A stretch of DNA of 64,000 bases from Chrysomallon squamiferum (lineage: Eukaryota > Animalia > Mollusca), in the NCBI GenBank assembly GCA_012295275.1, contig CM022668.1:3906001-3970000 (forward strand), given 5' to 3'. Positions 40,301 to 53,705 of the stretch are shown here, in pieces (positions within the stretch are counted from its first letter, which is position 1; each line of letters begins with the position of its first letter). The notes under the pieces were generated by a model. It saw only the letters and a list, made by a program, of their open reading frames with translations. It ran no database searches and was not told the DNA's origin. Both the position numbers and the translations under genes were made by a program.

Positions 40301-43106
40301 TAAAAAGGCAACGGCTATTCTTACTAAGAGCAAAATTTAAATGAGGATTAAATGTTAACAATCATATACATAGTCTGTCTGCTGATTGTTTTGATTCAGA
40401 GCAATACAAACCTGTCTTAAGCCCTCAGTAACAATTTCTTGAATACTTCTATCTAACCATCGTACAAATGGACGAAAATGAAGTTCTAATGTGCCGTGTT
40501 TTTCTTGTAGCTTTTGTTTTTCATACAAGCATTCCTTGATGGACATCTCAATATATCTGAACAAAAAAAATACTTACAATACATTAGGAGTAAAAGCTAG
40601 TGTCGGAAAAATATAATTACATTTTAACACTGGCCACCATTTTAATCACTGAATTGTGTTGAAAACCGAATTTTATTTCCCATCTTAGTGTCAATACATG
40701 TATCACACAACAAGTAATCATAACTGAGTATTTTAAAAATTAATTTTAAAAATCTAAATTACTTTCAATAATATTAATTAATAATTAGTTAAAGGTTTAT
40801 GTGTAATTTCATCTTCCAATCATTTCAGTCTAACTTCATCTACTTATCAGCCATTCATATGCAGATACAAATGTAATTCATTACTAATCTGTTGGGGTAT
40901 TTTAAAATGATATGAATAAACAATAAATGTTCATCAAAACAATAAACAAAAATGACACACTATTTCTGTTCTTACCTTCTTACTGTTTCAGGAAGATCTT
41001 GTTCTGGTAGAACAACTGAGAACATCTAAAAGTAAAGAAAAGACATATTTAAATTAATAAATGCACACACACACAACAGTAGAATGTTTTTAGAACAAGA
41101 CTGAAGATAACAGATAATAATAATTATTTATTTTCACAGCTTGTACTTTAACCTTATGACAAGTTATCTTTAGAAGTTCTGACTTTCTAACAAATGAATT
41201 TTTAACAATGAATGTAAACAATCATATATTTAATTATTATATTTATAAATCACAGATGAATTAAAATTTGCACAGTAAAATTTAAAAATACAATTTCATG
41301 CATCTTTAATTCTAGTACCCCCACTCCCCAGGCAACATAACTGTTATAATTTCCCCATTCATTTGCACAAGCGAATTTGAAAGCAATCAAACATAAATGT
41401 ATTTATATAAAAATAAATAACATGGTGCCATAAGAGTTAATAGTGGCTTTAAGTGTGTGTGTATATATATATATATAGGTATTTAACTCTGGTGAGTTGT
41501 TAGTCTGCACCAAATGTTTCTCACCTGTTCTGGGTAGTGTTCTGGTACTGACACAAGCAGTTCAAACACTTTGACAGCAAATGGCTAAAAAAGACAAAAA
41601 TGGTTATGCAACAAGTTCTCAGTATAAAAGCAATAATTAAATTATTAATAATTTATGATTTTATTTTTGGTTAAATATTTTTAATCTTTTAAAAGCTTTA
41701 AAGGATTAGTGCACTGCATAACAAATTAATTAAAATTTTAAATTAATCATTCTCTTCTTTTTCTGACAAAAACAGTTATGGATGGATATAAGCAAGAAAG
41801 CCATTATACTTACCCAGTCTGGATCTGTTGGACAAAATTTAATTTTCATTGAAAACTCAGTGTTTGTATCTGTAACAATGGCAAATTTCTCATTGGGAAA
41901 TCTTTTCTTCATCTGATCTATTTCAACTTGTCTCAGTTTCTCTAAAGCTTCTTTGGTGGCATCATCCTTTCTAAGTATCTCTTTCTGTATCACTGGTTTT
42001 AACTTCATTTGCTTCTTACTGGTAACAATAAATAAAAATAAAATTAAAAATAAAATTAAAAATATGCGTAAGTTAAAATTTATAACATTATAGATATATA
42101 CTATTTTATAAGTTTATTATATGAATACTGTAATGACTAAAAAAAAAAAAAATAATAAAGGTTTCTGATATTTAAACCTAAACTTCTCTATTTAATGTTT
42201 GAAAGACCTTTAATAGATCATTAAGTATAATTCAGTTAGCCACCTGTAATTTGTGATTAAGCTATCTACTTGAAATAACTATCACATTCACCTTATGGCT
42301 GGTGATACATTTTCAACATTCTGACTGATGTTGTCAGCAGTTTTATCATCAATGTCATCCAGCAGGAAGTCATGATTAACATCTTCCATGATGTGTGGAT
42401 GCCAGAATCTACATCGCCTACCCCAACTGCAATCTCCATTCTTAAAGTACGGACACACTTTTCTACCTTTACATTTTTCAGATTTCCTGCTGCTTTTGGC
42501 CAAATTTGTCGTTTTCTGAAAATCTGTGATATTACTTTGATCAACTTGATCAGTTTTATCTTCATCATCTGCTGTTTTCAAAGAGGAGTGTTTAAAAGTG
42601 CAGCTATCTCCATACCTGCAGTTGCCATCCTTCAAAAACCATTTGCATGTTTTCCTGTATGTAGCCGATATCTCTGCCAAAGAATAATCTTCAGCTCCAT
42701 GTTTAACCAAATCCTTTTTCAAGACGTAACTCTTAGGTTTAGCAGGATCCTCTGTAGATTCTGATAGAGAATGCACTTCTCTAGCAACATGCTGGTATCT
42801 ACAACGTACGCCATACCTACAGTTTCCAAATCTTGAATAATTGTGACAAATAGCTTTAGATGTATCAGCACTGCTTACTGTGGACACCTCATTTTGACAA
42901 CTCTGATTTTTTTCGGCTGATAAAGAATTGTTCTTTTGGCCTGCCAAATTTTCTGTAGCAGAATCACTTAGCACTTCATGGTGTTGTTGTGGCGAATCTT
43001 CAGTGGAATTATTCAAAATGGTGTGTTTAAATCGACAACTGTCACGATATTTGCAAACTTTGCCTTTTCCAAAAAATCTGCAAATTTGGTTTGACTCTTT
43101 GAACAT
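37381..43106 (-). CDS. CCCH zinc-finger / RWD-like / CHY zinc-finger protein (S. pombe SPBC18H10.09-like family), 11 exons, 799 aa
   Basis: Exons 43106-42292, 42018-41814, 41584-41525, 41025-40976, 40556-40412, 40232-39684, 39466-39352, 38601-38472, 38379-38265, 37866-37757, 37486-37381 join in frame (2400 nt). Four CCCH fingers, PTDPDWPF...PEHYP, and CHY motif GTCKHYKKSFRWFRFPCCGMVYPCDLCH...ICGFC...HWEGGSGCRD. Confidence 0.9.
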
Positions 43107-43610
43107 AACACGATGACAATGAACTTGTTTATAGTCTTTGCTTTTGATAATAACAATAATAATAATAAAAATAACGAAGACAAAAAGCACAAAAAACAAT
43201 ATGAAGAAGCTAGTAAAGACTGAAGTTCTATGAAAAACTGGTAAGCCAGATAAAAATTTGGTGGACTTTAAACCGTGTCACAAACACTTTCTCTCCTGAA
43301 CACAATACCCAACAACCCAACTACATAGCGAAAAATCTATTTATACTAATGTGTATTGCACCAGTGATTGTAATTCGCTTTTAACCAAGACATTAAACGA
43401 TATCCTTACGCCGCTGTAATATAATTCCAAAAATTAAGCGACATAACATACAAGTCAAGATTACAATAGGTTCCTGCATTGTAATTTATAGCGTATTGAA
43501 ATTAAAAACACTATTTGTTTTCGTAGTGATCATCTAGGAATAATGTATTCATACATAATTGTGCGTCAAGCCCGAGGTCAAGGCCGCTAGGTGACTTTGT
43601 ATGACCCAAA
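43107..43610. promoter_or_regulatory. Bidirectional promoter between the CHY gene and mitochondrial EF-Tu
   Basis: Head-to-head ATGs about 500 bp apart, local CpGs, AGGTCAAGGCC half-site cluster near 43574-43584, and YY1-like CAAAATGGC overlapping the EF-Tu start codon. Confidence 0.6.
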
Positions 43611-45023
43611 ATGGCAGCGCCCATGTTTGTCACTCGCTGTTATTCGAAAGTCCTTTGGAAAATCATACAGACTAAATTTCAAAACCCTATTGCAACATTA
43701 AATGTAATCTTTCAAAGGCCGTTTTCAACGAAGCCAGAAATCCAAGACGTTGTAGGTAAACCCCACTGCAACGTGGGGACGATCGGTCACATAGATCACG
43801 GAAAAACAACTTTGACAGCTGCCATAACAAAAGTGTTATCTCAGCAAGGAAACAATACTACGAAGTATATTAGTTATGATGCTATTGACCGTGCCCCAGA
43901 AGAGAAATCGCGTGGTATTACAATTAATTCTACGCACGTCGAGTATGAATCTGATGAAAGACATTATGCACACACAGATTGCCCAGGACATTTAGATTAC
44001 GTTAAAAACATGATAACAGGAACATCACAGATGGATGGAGCTGTGCTTGTAGTAGCAGCAACTGATGGAACAATGCCTCAAACGAGAGAACATTTGTTGC
44101 TAGCAAAACAGATTGGTATTGATAATATTATCGTGTACATTAATAAAGCAGATTTAGTAGACAAAGAACTGCTGGAGCTGGTGGAACTCGAAGTGAGAGA
44201 TTTGCTAACAGAATATGGTTATGACGGTGCACATACCCCAGTTGTTGCTGGCTCTGCTCTGAATGCTCTTGAAGGTAAAAATGAAGATATTGGGAAAAAA
44301 TCAATTTTGAACCTTGTTCTGGCCATTGATCAACACATTAATATACCAGAAAGAGACACAGCTGGGCCATTTTGTCTACCTATTGAAGGAACTGTTGCTG
44401 TTCCAGGAAGAGGCATGGTTGCCATAGGAACTGTAAGGCAAGGTGTTATTAAAAGGGGAGATGATGCAGAACTACTTGGATTTGGTAACCAGATAAAAAC
44501 TGCAGCTTCAGATATTCAAGTTTTCAAAAAGTCTGTCCCTTCATGCAAAGCAGGTGACAATGTTGGTGTGCTTTTAAGAGGAGTCAAAGATGAGTTTGTA
44601 CAACGAGGAATGTTTCTGTGTGAACTTGGAAAGTTTAAACAGTGGGATACATTTGAGGCTCAGGTTTATGTGTTAACTAAGTCTGAGGGAGGACGAGTGA
44701 AACCAATTACTGATAAATACATTCAGATGATGTACAGCAACACGTGGAACATGTCTGCCCTTGTCAAACTCCCAGATGAAAAGTCAATGGTTATGCCAGG
44801 AGACACAACGACCTGCACCATTTTATTGAGAAAACCAATGGTACTGGACAAAGGTCATCGATTTACAATCCGAGAAAACAAAATAACAGCTCTCACTGGT
44901 GTCATCACCAAAACTCTGCCACATTTAGATCTTAGGATTGCTGGGTTTAACTATGAGAAACCAAGAACACACAGAATTGAAGGCAATGCATGGCTGACGA
45001 TGCGAAACAGAGCTAAAAAATAA
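43611..45023 (+). CDS. TUFM: Mitochondrial elongation factor Tu, intronless CDS, 470 aa; likely the EF-Tu2 paralog
   Basis: Basic/hydrophobic presequence, G-motifs [21 protein letters not shown] and GSAL, domains II and III, and a ~36-aa C-terminal extension. Confidence 0.93.
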   Translation: MAAPMFVTRCYSKVLWKIIQTKFQNPIATLNVIFQRPFSTKPEIQDVVGKPHCNVGTIGHIDHGKTTLTAAITKVLSQQGNNTTKYISYDAIDRAPEEKSRGITINSTHVEYESDERHYAHTDCPGHLDYVKNMITGTSQMDGAVLVVAATDGTMPQTREHLLLAKQIGIDNIIVYINKADLVDKELLELVELEVRDLLTEYGYDGAHTPVVAGSALNALEGKNEDIGKKSILNLVLAIDQHINIPERDTAGPFCLPIEGTVAVPGRGMVAIGTVRQGVIKRGDDAELLGFGNQIKTAASDIQVFKKSVPSCKAGDNVGVLLRGVKDEFVQRGMFLCELGKFKQWDTFEAQVYVLTKSEGGRVKPITDKYIQMMYSNTWNMSALVKLPDEKSMVMPGDTTTCTILLRKPMVLDKGHRFTIRENKITALTGVITKTLPHLDLRIAGFNYEKPRTHRIEGNAWLTMRNRAKK

Positions 45024-45925
45024 ATATTCCATAGAGCTATCACAGTTTACCTGAAATACACCACTGTGTTATTAAATAATGTAAACTGTTCTTAGATATA
45101 TACACTGTAACCTGTGTTTCAATTTCTAATTTCTTATGTTCAGTGACTTAGAGTGAAATTTTATTGTCAAATAAAAATTCCAAACATTTCAAACAAATAC
45201 ACATTTGTATTGTATGTGTGTGTGTATGAGTGTGTTTATTGTTTATTTTTTATGATAGGAGTAAAATGAGGTTTTTATTGGTTAAAACAATAAAAATAAC
45301 TTATAATCCTTCTTGTTTACTATTTTCCAGTTTTAAAATATTAAAAATTTATTTTTATAATTGATATTAAGGCTATTTAATACCCGTTTTAAGTTTAAAC
45401 AGAAACAAATGTTTGCTTTATCTTTAGTCAAACAGATGGTGAAACCTTTCTTCACCAGTTACTAAAGAAAACGAATTTTGAAAAGAATTAAAGAAAAAAC
45501 TGAATTGTTAAAGGAGGATTTTACATTTGTATATGTATACTGTTTCTTATTATTTAGAAAATGTTTATAAATACTACTACTAATAATAATGTTACAAAAA
45601 TAATTGATTACTACATTAATATGAATATAATTTATATTATCTAATGCTACACGTTTTGATGATATTGTATTTTATCATATGATTATGATCATAAGCTCAC
45701 AACAGTATTTAATTTTAACACGTTTAGTGATTTAAGGAAATTGATTAAATAATCTATATTAGTTACCTTTTTAAAAGTTTGTAAAATAATAATTATCGCC
45801 CCTGAAATACAGTTGATGGTAGAGGGCGGAGTCGTCAGTTGACACGTTTCTGTGTACACAACGTTCTGTAAAGGATTTATTCCTCGATTTCATTTTCTGA
45901 TTGAGGAAGATATTTTTGGTTTATA

Positions 45926-48900
45926 ATGACAGGAAACAGCAGACCAACCATGAGAACAGGCGGTAGATCGCCGCCTTTTTTAATAATTGGTTTGGTACTT
46001 GGTATTTGCATCATTGGGTTTAATTACTTTAAAGTTTCGTCAAAGAATTACGACTTGTCGAATGAGGTGTCTTTACTTAAAGGACAAATCAAATCTTTGA
46101 CAACAGAGAAACTAAGCATAGATCAGATTAATAAAGAAACGGTGAAGGCTTGTAGAGACAAAACAACTGATTTGGAGGGTGCATTGAGTAGCTTGAATGA
46201 CGAAAAGAAAAAAATAGAAGACACCATGAAGGAAAGATACAACGAAATTTCAATTTGCACGGATGGTCTTGTAAGTGATTCACATTAAATTATTAGTAAT
46301 ACCAGACTGACATTTCTCTGCACATAAACGTGTTTCATGTATCTATATATTTTTTCTACATTTGATGCACACAGGAGAAAGTTATGTCACAATATTAATA
46401 CAGACGTTTGTTGATTAGTTTACTATACATGACATTGTCTATAACCTGTACATTCAACACTGAATAACACAAGTCCTTGATCATTTTTATTTTTTAATTT
46501 TTTTAAATATATTTTCTTTTTGTTAGAATGTTACTATTTTATTCTTTTGAGAAATATATAATCAGATCCATTGTTACCAGTCCGTGGATGATACAGAACA
46601 GTCTACATTCTGATATCATTATTAATATATATATTTAAAATATGACTCACCTAATAACCACTGATATTAAAATGTTTGAGATGTTAGGAAATACCTTTTG
46701 ATTTCATATATGAATAACTTCATTGAAAATTACAAAAACATGACATATGTTGATAAGTGCATATACATATAAATTACTCTAAATATATATTGATTTATCT
46801 TTGTACAGTGTAAGTTATTGGAAAATTCTGAAGTACGTGATGATATTGATTTATGTTAGCACTCTAATAATTTCAGACCAGATGTCAACAGGATGCAGCT
46901 GGTGTACAGCAGGAACTTATTCATGTCAAAGGTAATGAAAGTACCACATATTACAACCCACAAACCCCCCAGTATTAATGTTAAATCACACATACTTAAT
47001 AATATTGTTTAAAATATTTATATTTTTATTTTTTTAAATTAAAAATAATTGAAATATCCTAAAATAACTGTTATTCAGTAAAAGAAGGCCTCAGTAAAAT
47101 GGCACAGGATTTTTTTTATACTGTTTTTAATGATGCACTTTGTGCACCACCATCACAACAAGTACAAGAACATGAACATGAACACATCAACAGGACTAAC
47201 AATCAACAAGTGACCAGCCGATCCACATGACACAGGAGACACAGAAACGGGAGACATGCGCGTGCACACAACACAACACCAACAGACACTGATGAGAGCT
47301 CCACTGACTTGTCAGTCCCACAAATTGCATTCATGACAAATAACGACTGTTAAAGATGTATTTTAAAAATGACATTAAAACAGATAGTTTCTTGTTTCAA
47401 TATTTCTTATACTATTATTTGAAACTTGAATGCCATTTGATATGTGGAATCAATACAATGACAAGTTTGAGTTATATTACAAGAAGAAATATGATTCTTT
47501 TAATCAATGACAGTGTACAATATGGTCAGTTCGCAGTCAAACCTGCTACCACTTTAGGTTTTATCACTGTGTATCAGCTGTTTGCATAATGCAGAAGGCA
47601 TCACAGTTTCCAAATGAAAAGATGAAAATGAACCTGCTATTATTAAAGCCACAAAATAGCATCTGAAGAATTGTCAAAGCAGTGATAATTTTAAAGCAAA
47701 TTCTCATCTGAAATGTTAGTCATCATTTATATTTCTTAAGTATGGTATCATTTTAGTGATTTATATGGTATTTGTTTGTTATATAACTTTATGAATGTAA
47801 CACATAATCCCCACAATCAAAAAGCCCCTCACACTCCAAAAATACACAGGTAGAAAAAAGCCCCTCACACTCCAAAAATACACAGGTAGAAAAAAGCCCC
47901 TCACACTCCAAAAATACACAGGTAGAAAAAAGCCCCTCACACTCCAAAAAGAAAAAGCCCCTCACACTCCAAAAAAATACACAAAAAAGCCCCTCCAGTG
48001 GATTTGCAAGTTAAGACAAAAAAACCCAGTTTAAAAAAAAAAAAACTTGATTAAGGCATACTCATATCTTGATCAAAATATATGTTAAAAATGGTTTGAT
48101 TAATGTGTTTGTTTGATTAACATAATTACTTACTATGAAATAACTTGTAATAATCACAATTAAGATAAAGGATACAATTTGAATAGAGAATTTATATCAA
48201 AGCATACAGTCACGTGACATGAAATGAGATACATTCTGGGAATTTTGCAATTTTAAAAGTGAAAAATAATATCAAGAGCTGATATCATTAGATACTATCA
48301 TTTCATTGCCGAATCATTTTGTATTTTCTAATGTGTACTGTTTCATTTGTATTTAAAGTTGCTCACTTATTAAAGCTGATCACACCCAGTTTGTTTGAGA
48401 AAATAACTAATTACATACATTCCATGACTTTGTTAATTAGGTGTCAGGGAAAAGGTTAAACAGTGGTAGAATATTTTTTTGAGTTACGGAATGTTTGCAC
48501 TATCATGGTCTTTTTTTATGTATGAGGTACTTTTGCCCTACCTTTTTTTTATCACTGGGACTCTTGGTCTATCTGTGTATTTTTGAATTGGGCAGCTTAT
48601 GTCTGTATCCCAAAATTAATACCATTTATGTTGTGTGTTCTTGGTTGGTTTGTGTAATCAGCAGTTATATCTTTTTATGAGTAGTTAAGATTCCTAGACT
48701 AGTGTGGTGGGTGTGGCCTGGAAAATTGTTGTAACAGGTGTTGTAAACTGAGAGATGTGATCACTAAAAGTGTGTGCAAGGGAGTATCTTAACTAAAACA
48801 ACTGTGTTTATTATGTCAGCTGTGGAGATTATTTTAAAAATTATTAAAATTTATTTCTATTTCAAAAAGAACACAAACAATTTCTGAGTCAGTTATATTA

Positions 48901-51900
48901 ACACTAGAATAGAAAGTAAATATTTTAAAACTAATAAGACTTTAAATTTAAAAACAAAAATTAAATGGGATATTTGTCCGTAGTTCTAAAATAATAATAA
49001 TGTAAACTCTTATTATGTTTTAATGGTAATTTTCAAACAAGGGTGTGATAGCCATCTCTTAGCAACCATTTTGTTTGGCTGCTTGAACTGCCATCATATA
49101 TATATTTTTGACTAGGATTAGAGTAAATTCAAAGTTATTTAGTTGACAATAACCTTTGATATAAGTGAGTTTTATTTAAAAAAACCAAAAACAAATATCA
49201 ACAAATGTCATTCACAAGTAGATGATGAATGTCAGATCCATGAATCCTATGATTTGCAGGTTACAATTATCATATGTACACTGAGAAAAATTAATTCAAA
49301 AGTTCATTACGTTTCTTAAGAAAGCGACAGATGTTAAGGTAATATAATTTTTATGTTTGCAGATTGTCAGTACATACAAGCATTTCACAGATACCAGTTA
49401 TTGTTAATTTTTATTGTCTAGTCTTAGCACGCCTGTTTTTTGTAAGAAAAAAATAGTAATTATTCTAATCTGTTTCATAGCACAAACTTAATAATAAATA
49501 AAATAAATATATATGTACACAACAGCTTGTACTTACATATTACTTTTATAAATGTAATCAATTAACCTGTCTTTTTTTTGTTTGTTATGTAGATAGTGAT
49601 TTTCTAATTTCAGATTGATTTGGTTTTGTTTTCACTATGTAAATTAGTATTTTGCAGATATTTAAATATATTTTTAATTAATTAATTTATTTTTTAATTA
49701 GAAATGAATATTATATTCCCAATTATAATTCCCTCAGATTAACATGAGAAATTCATGTAACAGTATTATTTATTGATCTGATACTAACATCTGTGCCAAC
49801 ATTTTTAAATATCAGAATCAATGTATCTACAAAATAGCATATCGTTCTTATCAGACTGCTATCTATGCAGTGGCTTTTATAAAAAGAACCTAATAAAAAT
49901 GTGTTACTTTAATAGGAGAATTGAAGAAAAAGACTGAAGAATTTATAGAGTCAAAGGGTCTTAACAAAATATGTGATCAAAAGTAGGTATTTCTTTTATA
50001 TTATTTTAAAAAGTTTTTTTATTTATTTTTTTATTAACATTATTTTTATATATTTTGTTTATTAATTCTGTTATTGATAAGCAGATACCAGTTAAAAATA
50101 ACCCAGCAAACAAAAACAAAATCTGTTATAACAAATGGATATTTATGAATATAACTTTATTTATTACCAGCACTTTTTTTCCAAGATAAAACTGTTAAAT
50201 TTAATTATTCTTGTTAAATATGATTTTAAACAATATCTGCATTTTTTTTTTTTTTTTATACAACTTTTATATCCAGCCTTTATTAAAATGTAACAGAACA
50301 GTTGTGTGTATTTTTATTTTCTTGTTGACATTGCAGTGCTTGCTCGGAACAGATTGGCAGTGTTCTGAATGTTTTAATTAAAAGTGTTGGCAGACAGACC
50401 ATCATGGCTCCTCTTCAGCAGAATGGATTTGATGTTAACAAATTTGTGTAAGTGTAATTTGTAATAATCAACAGAAAATATAATTAAAAGCTTTTATATA
50501 CAGTCTTCAAGTTACATTCATCTATCTGGTCAGATAAATGTCTATTGATAATAATATTTATTTATTTTGTACAGGAGTGTGCCTGCAAAAGAAAAAACAG
50601 ATGAAAAAGATAAAACAGGAGAAAAGAAAGATAAAACAGCAGAAGAAAAAGAAAAAGCAGGAGTGGTAAAAGAAAAGGTATCTGAGGTAAAAGTGACAGA
50701 TCACACAAGCAACAAGACTACAGAAATTAAAAACTCCACAGTTAAACAAGGTGATCTTTTGTTAATATAATGATATGATGTACACATTCTGTTTTCATGG
50801 TTTAGTTTACAGTATAATCATAATTATTACATGCATGGTGATTATCATAGTGTATTGATATATATATATATATATATATATGTATGACAACATGGCTGAC
50901 ATGATATATCAGCTTAGGTGACCATACAATTAGGATTAATATGTTTTTACAATTTGTCAGAATTTGATATTTGTTTAGAAATTTAAAAAAACCCAGAAAT
51001 GGCTTTTAGAAATTAATTCCTTTGCTTTTTTTGATAACATTATCATTATGATATACTAGCTTAGATTGCCATATGATATTTCATGTACTATCTTAGGTAG
51101 ATTTACAGAACTGTATATCATTTATATTCTCATGTTGAAAATTCTTTTATTATGAACATGTCTTTCAGAACCTTTTCTATGAGTTTGTTTATGTATGCAA
51201 ATATGTTTAGGACTGTTTAATTCACATTATTAATTTTGTTTTTAAGTGGATTTGGTTAAACTATGTCTTTAATAAAACTGTATCACTAATTCAGTGACAC
51301 TGTTGTCTAGACAAGTGTTTAACCTGACACTCCCACACTGCATATTTCACTCACCTTTACAGCAGGTAATAACTGTTCAGTCCACACATATCTGTCAAAG
51401 GGTTTGGGGATATACTAGATCAACAAAACTGTATAATTGCTTGAATTACATTTTTAAAGATGGCACTGTATAACTCATGATTTAGCAGAGATAATCATTA
51501 ATGTATTCATGTTGGGGAAAGAAAGAAAAAAAATGAATATTTAGTTTCTGGATTGATCTTAAACTGCACCTCCAGAAAATAATAAACAATAATATGAAAC
51601 AGTACAAAGAATAATTAAAAAAAGAAAATCTAGATTAACTTCCATAAAAACCACCTCAGTAAAATGTAATTAAAATACTAGACAAAAAATGAAAAAATCA
51701 TACAACTTAGACATTTATTATATTTGTTTACTTACTGAATATTAATATTATTTTAATGTCAGCATTTAAATTAATAAACATTAAAATGTAATGAGAGATT
51801 ATTATTAAATAAATGAAATGTGTGTTTTTGCAGTTAAATAGATATTCACTGTATTTAAATTTGTATGTGTAAAGTAATTTACACTTCTAATATTTTAATG

Positions 51901-52034
51901 TCTAAACAAATTTTTAACAGAGAAAACACTGAGCCAGACAACTCAAGTCAGTAATTTGTTGATAAGAAAATGGTTGAAGTATCTGATTAAATCAGAATTA
52001 GTCAAAATATAACAATTAATTAATTAATTAATTA

Positions 52035-52099
<65 letters not shown>

Positions 52100-53705
52100 A
52101 ATGAAATAATTTTATTAAATCAAAATCATTACATTTAAATATTTAGAGATGTCATATTTTTTTTTTTATCTTTTAATATGCCTTGTTATTTTTAGAGCCA
52201 GATAACAACGCTGAAAGAGCAGTGACAGTTAAGGAAAATGGTATTGCTGGCAAAATGCTTTCCTCAAATCTTTCGTTTGCTTTGGGCCTGGGAAACACAA
52301 GTCTTCCCAATCTGCCATTATCAGTATCTCAGTTTTCTAATGTGAAATCTTCTGTTGGGAAGGAACAAGAGAAAAAACCCAATCAGCTTGTTAATTTTGA
52401 TCAAAAACATTTTAAAGAACCTGCATCAAACCAAGATGTTAATCAGCTAAAATTTAATTCTAAGAATGAACAAACTGTAGAAAATCATTTTGATCAAAAC
52501 AAATTTAAAATACTCAGTGAAAAAAATTCAATCCAACAACCAGATTCAGTTAGAAAGATGAATTTCAATGATAAAGTAATGGTGTCAGCAAATCAATTTG
52601 ATGCTGTCAAATACAATTTAGCAAATCAGGTTAACCTAGCAAAATTTGAAAATGATAATGGTAGAGAGATGGTGGACAAGAAGACTTACAACTTTGAAAC
52701 GCATGGAAATTTGGTTGAGGTAGTCAGTAATTAGCTTCTTTTTATTTTTATTCTCAAACTTTTAAAATTTCATTTGATTATCTTGTTTTCTTTTGCTTTC
52801 AGCCTAGCTTGAGTACAATATAAAATATATATATAAATAAAAATAAAAATAAAAGAAAAGAAAAAATTAATTTAAAAAGTATAGTAATAAGGCATTAACA
52901 GTTTGCACTAAAGTCCCTACTTTAGAGTAGTTTTGCTGTGTGAATTTGCTCTGTATGAGTAGCTGTGATTTACAAAGATGTTCTTGTGCACTGTGTAGTA
53001 AAGTATTGTTCTGTTACATAACTTACATGTTTGTGTAGGACTCTGATGAAGGGTTGGGCTGGAAAATAAGAGTAAAAAATTTATAGCACAGGTAATATCA
53101 AAATGGATAAATTTTATATTCACTTCCATTATTCTCAAAATATATCTCAGTATATAGCTCACCAGTTATCTGCCAATGGTGAATCCATCTAATAAATGCA
53201 TTGTGCAGTTATTGAATATTATTAATTTTTTTCATGTATGATGATTGTTGCCACCTTCGCTTAGATTTGTCTATATGAAAAAAAAAATGTTTTGAGCAAC
53301 AAATCACAGAATTTTGTTGAAGTCAGTTAGTCCTAATGGATCAAATAAAAACATTAAAAAGAATATTAATAAATAATGACGACTGCAGAATCTAAAACAC
53401 TAAATCAAACTAATTCAGCATTAGACAATTGTTTGAAATCTAACTGCAGTTGATGTATCAAAATAAAAAATAACATTCAAGTACAGGCTGTTGTCAAAAT
53501 ACAGTTGGTTATTCATCCATGTTTTCAAGGGATTACTATTTTATATATGATTAGAGTAGTGAGACGATGCTGAATGATCACATTGTGATTTGTACTGATT
53601 TCCAGTTTATCAAAGCCCATGATTTGTGTTGTCCTGTTTAAGAGAAGCTGCCCAGTGATGCCTGCTACTAATCAGAAAAGACTAGACCAGAATGCAGTAG
53701 ATTAG
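45926..53705 (+). CDS. GOLM1/GOLM2(CASC4)-like type II Golgi membrane coiled-coil protein; 3' exons uncertain
   Basis: N-terminus GGRSPPFLIIGLVLGICIIGFNYFKVSSKNYDL matches the family signal-anchor pattern. Exons 45926-46270, 46877-46931, 49916-49982, 50337-50447, 50575-50750 and 52196-52719 join in frame; last coding exon tentatively 53643-53705. Confidence 0.75.
47819..47995. repeat. 36-bp minisatellite (AAAAAAGCCCCTCACACTCCAAAAATACACAGGTAG), 4-5 copies
   Basis: GCCCC at 47824, 47860 and onward; intronic. Confidence 0.9.
52038..52096. repeat. (AAT)n microsatellite
   Basis: Trinucleotide run; similar runs occur at ~1845, ~25790 and ~25945. Confidence 0.95.

Noticed and set aside
49221-49285. 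Intronic C/D-box snoRNA-like layout (ATGATGA...CTGA)
   Set aside because: No terminal stem and no guide complementarity to rRNA that I could recognise; a snoscan or Infernal search would be needed.
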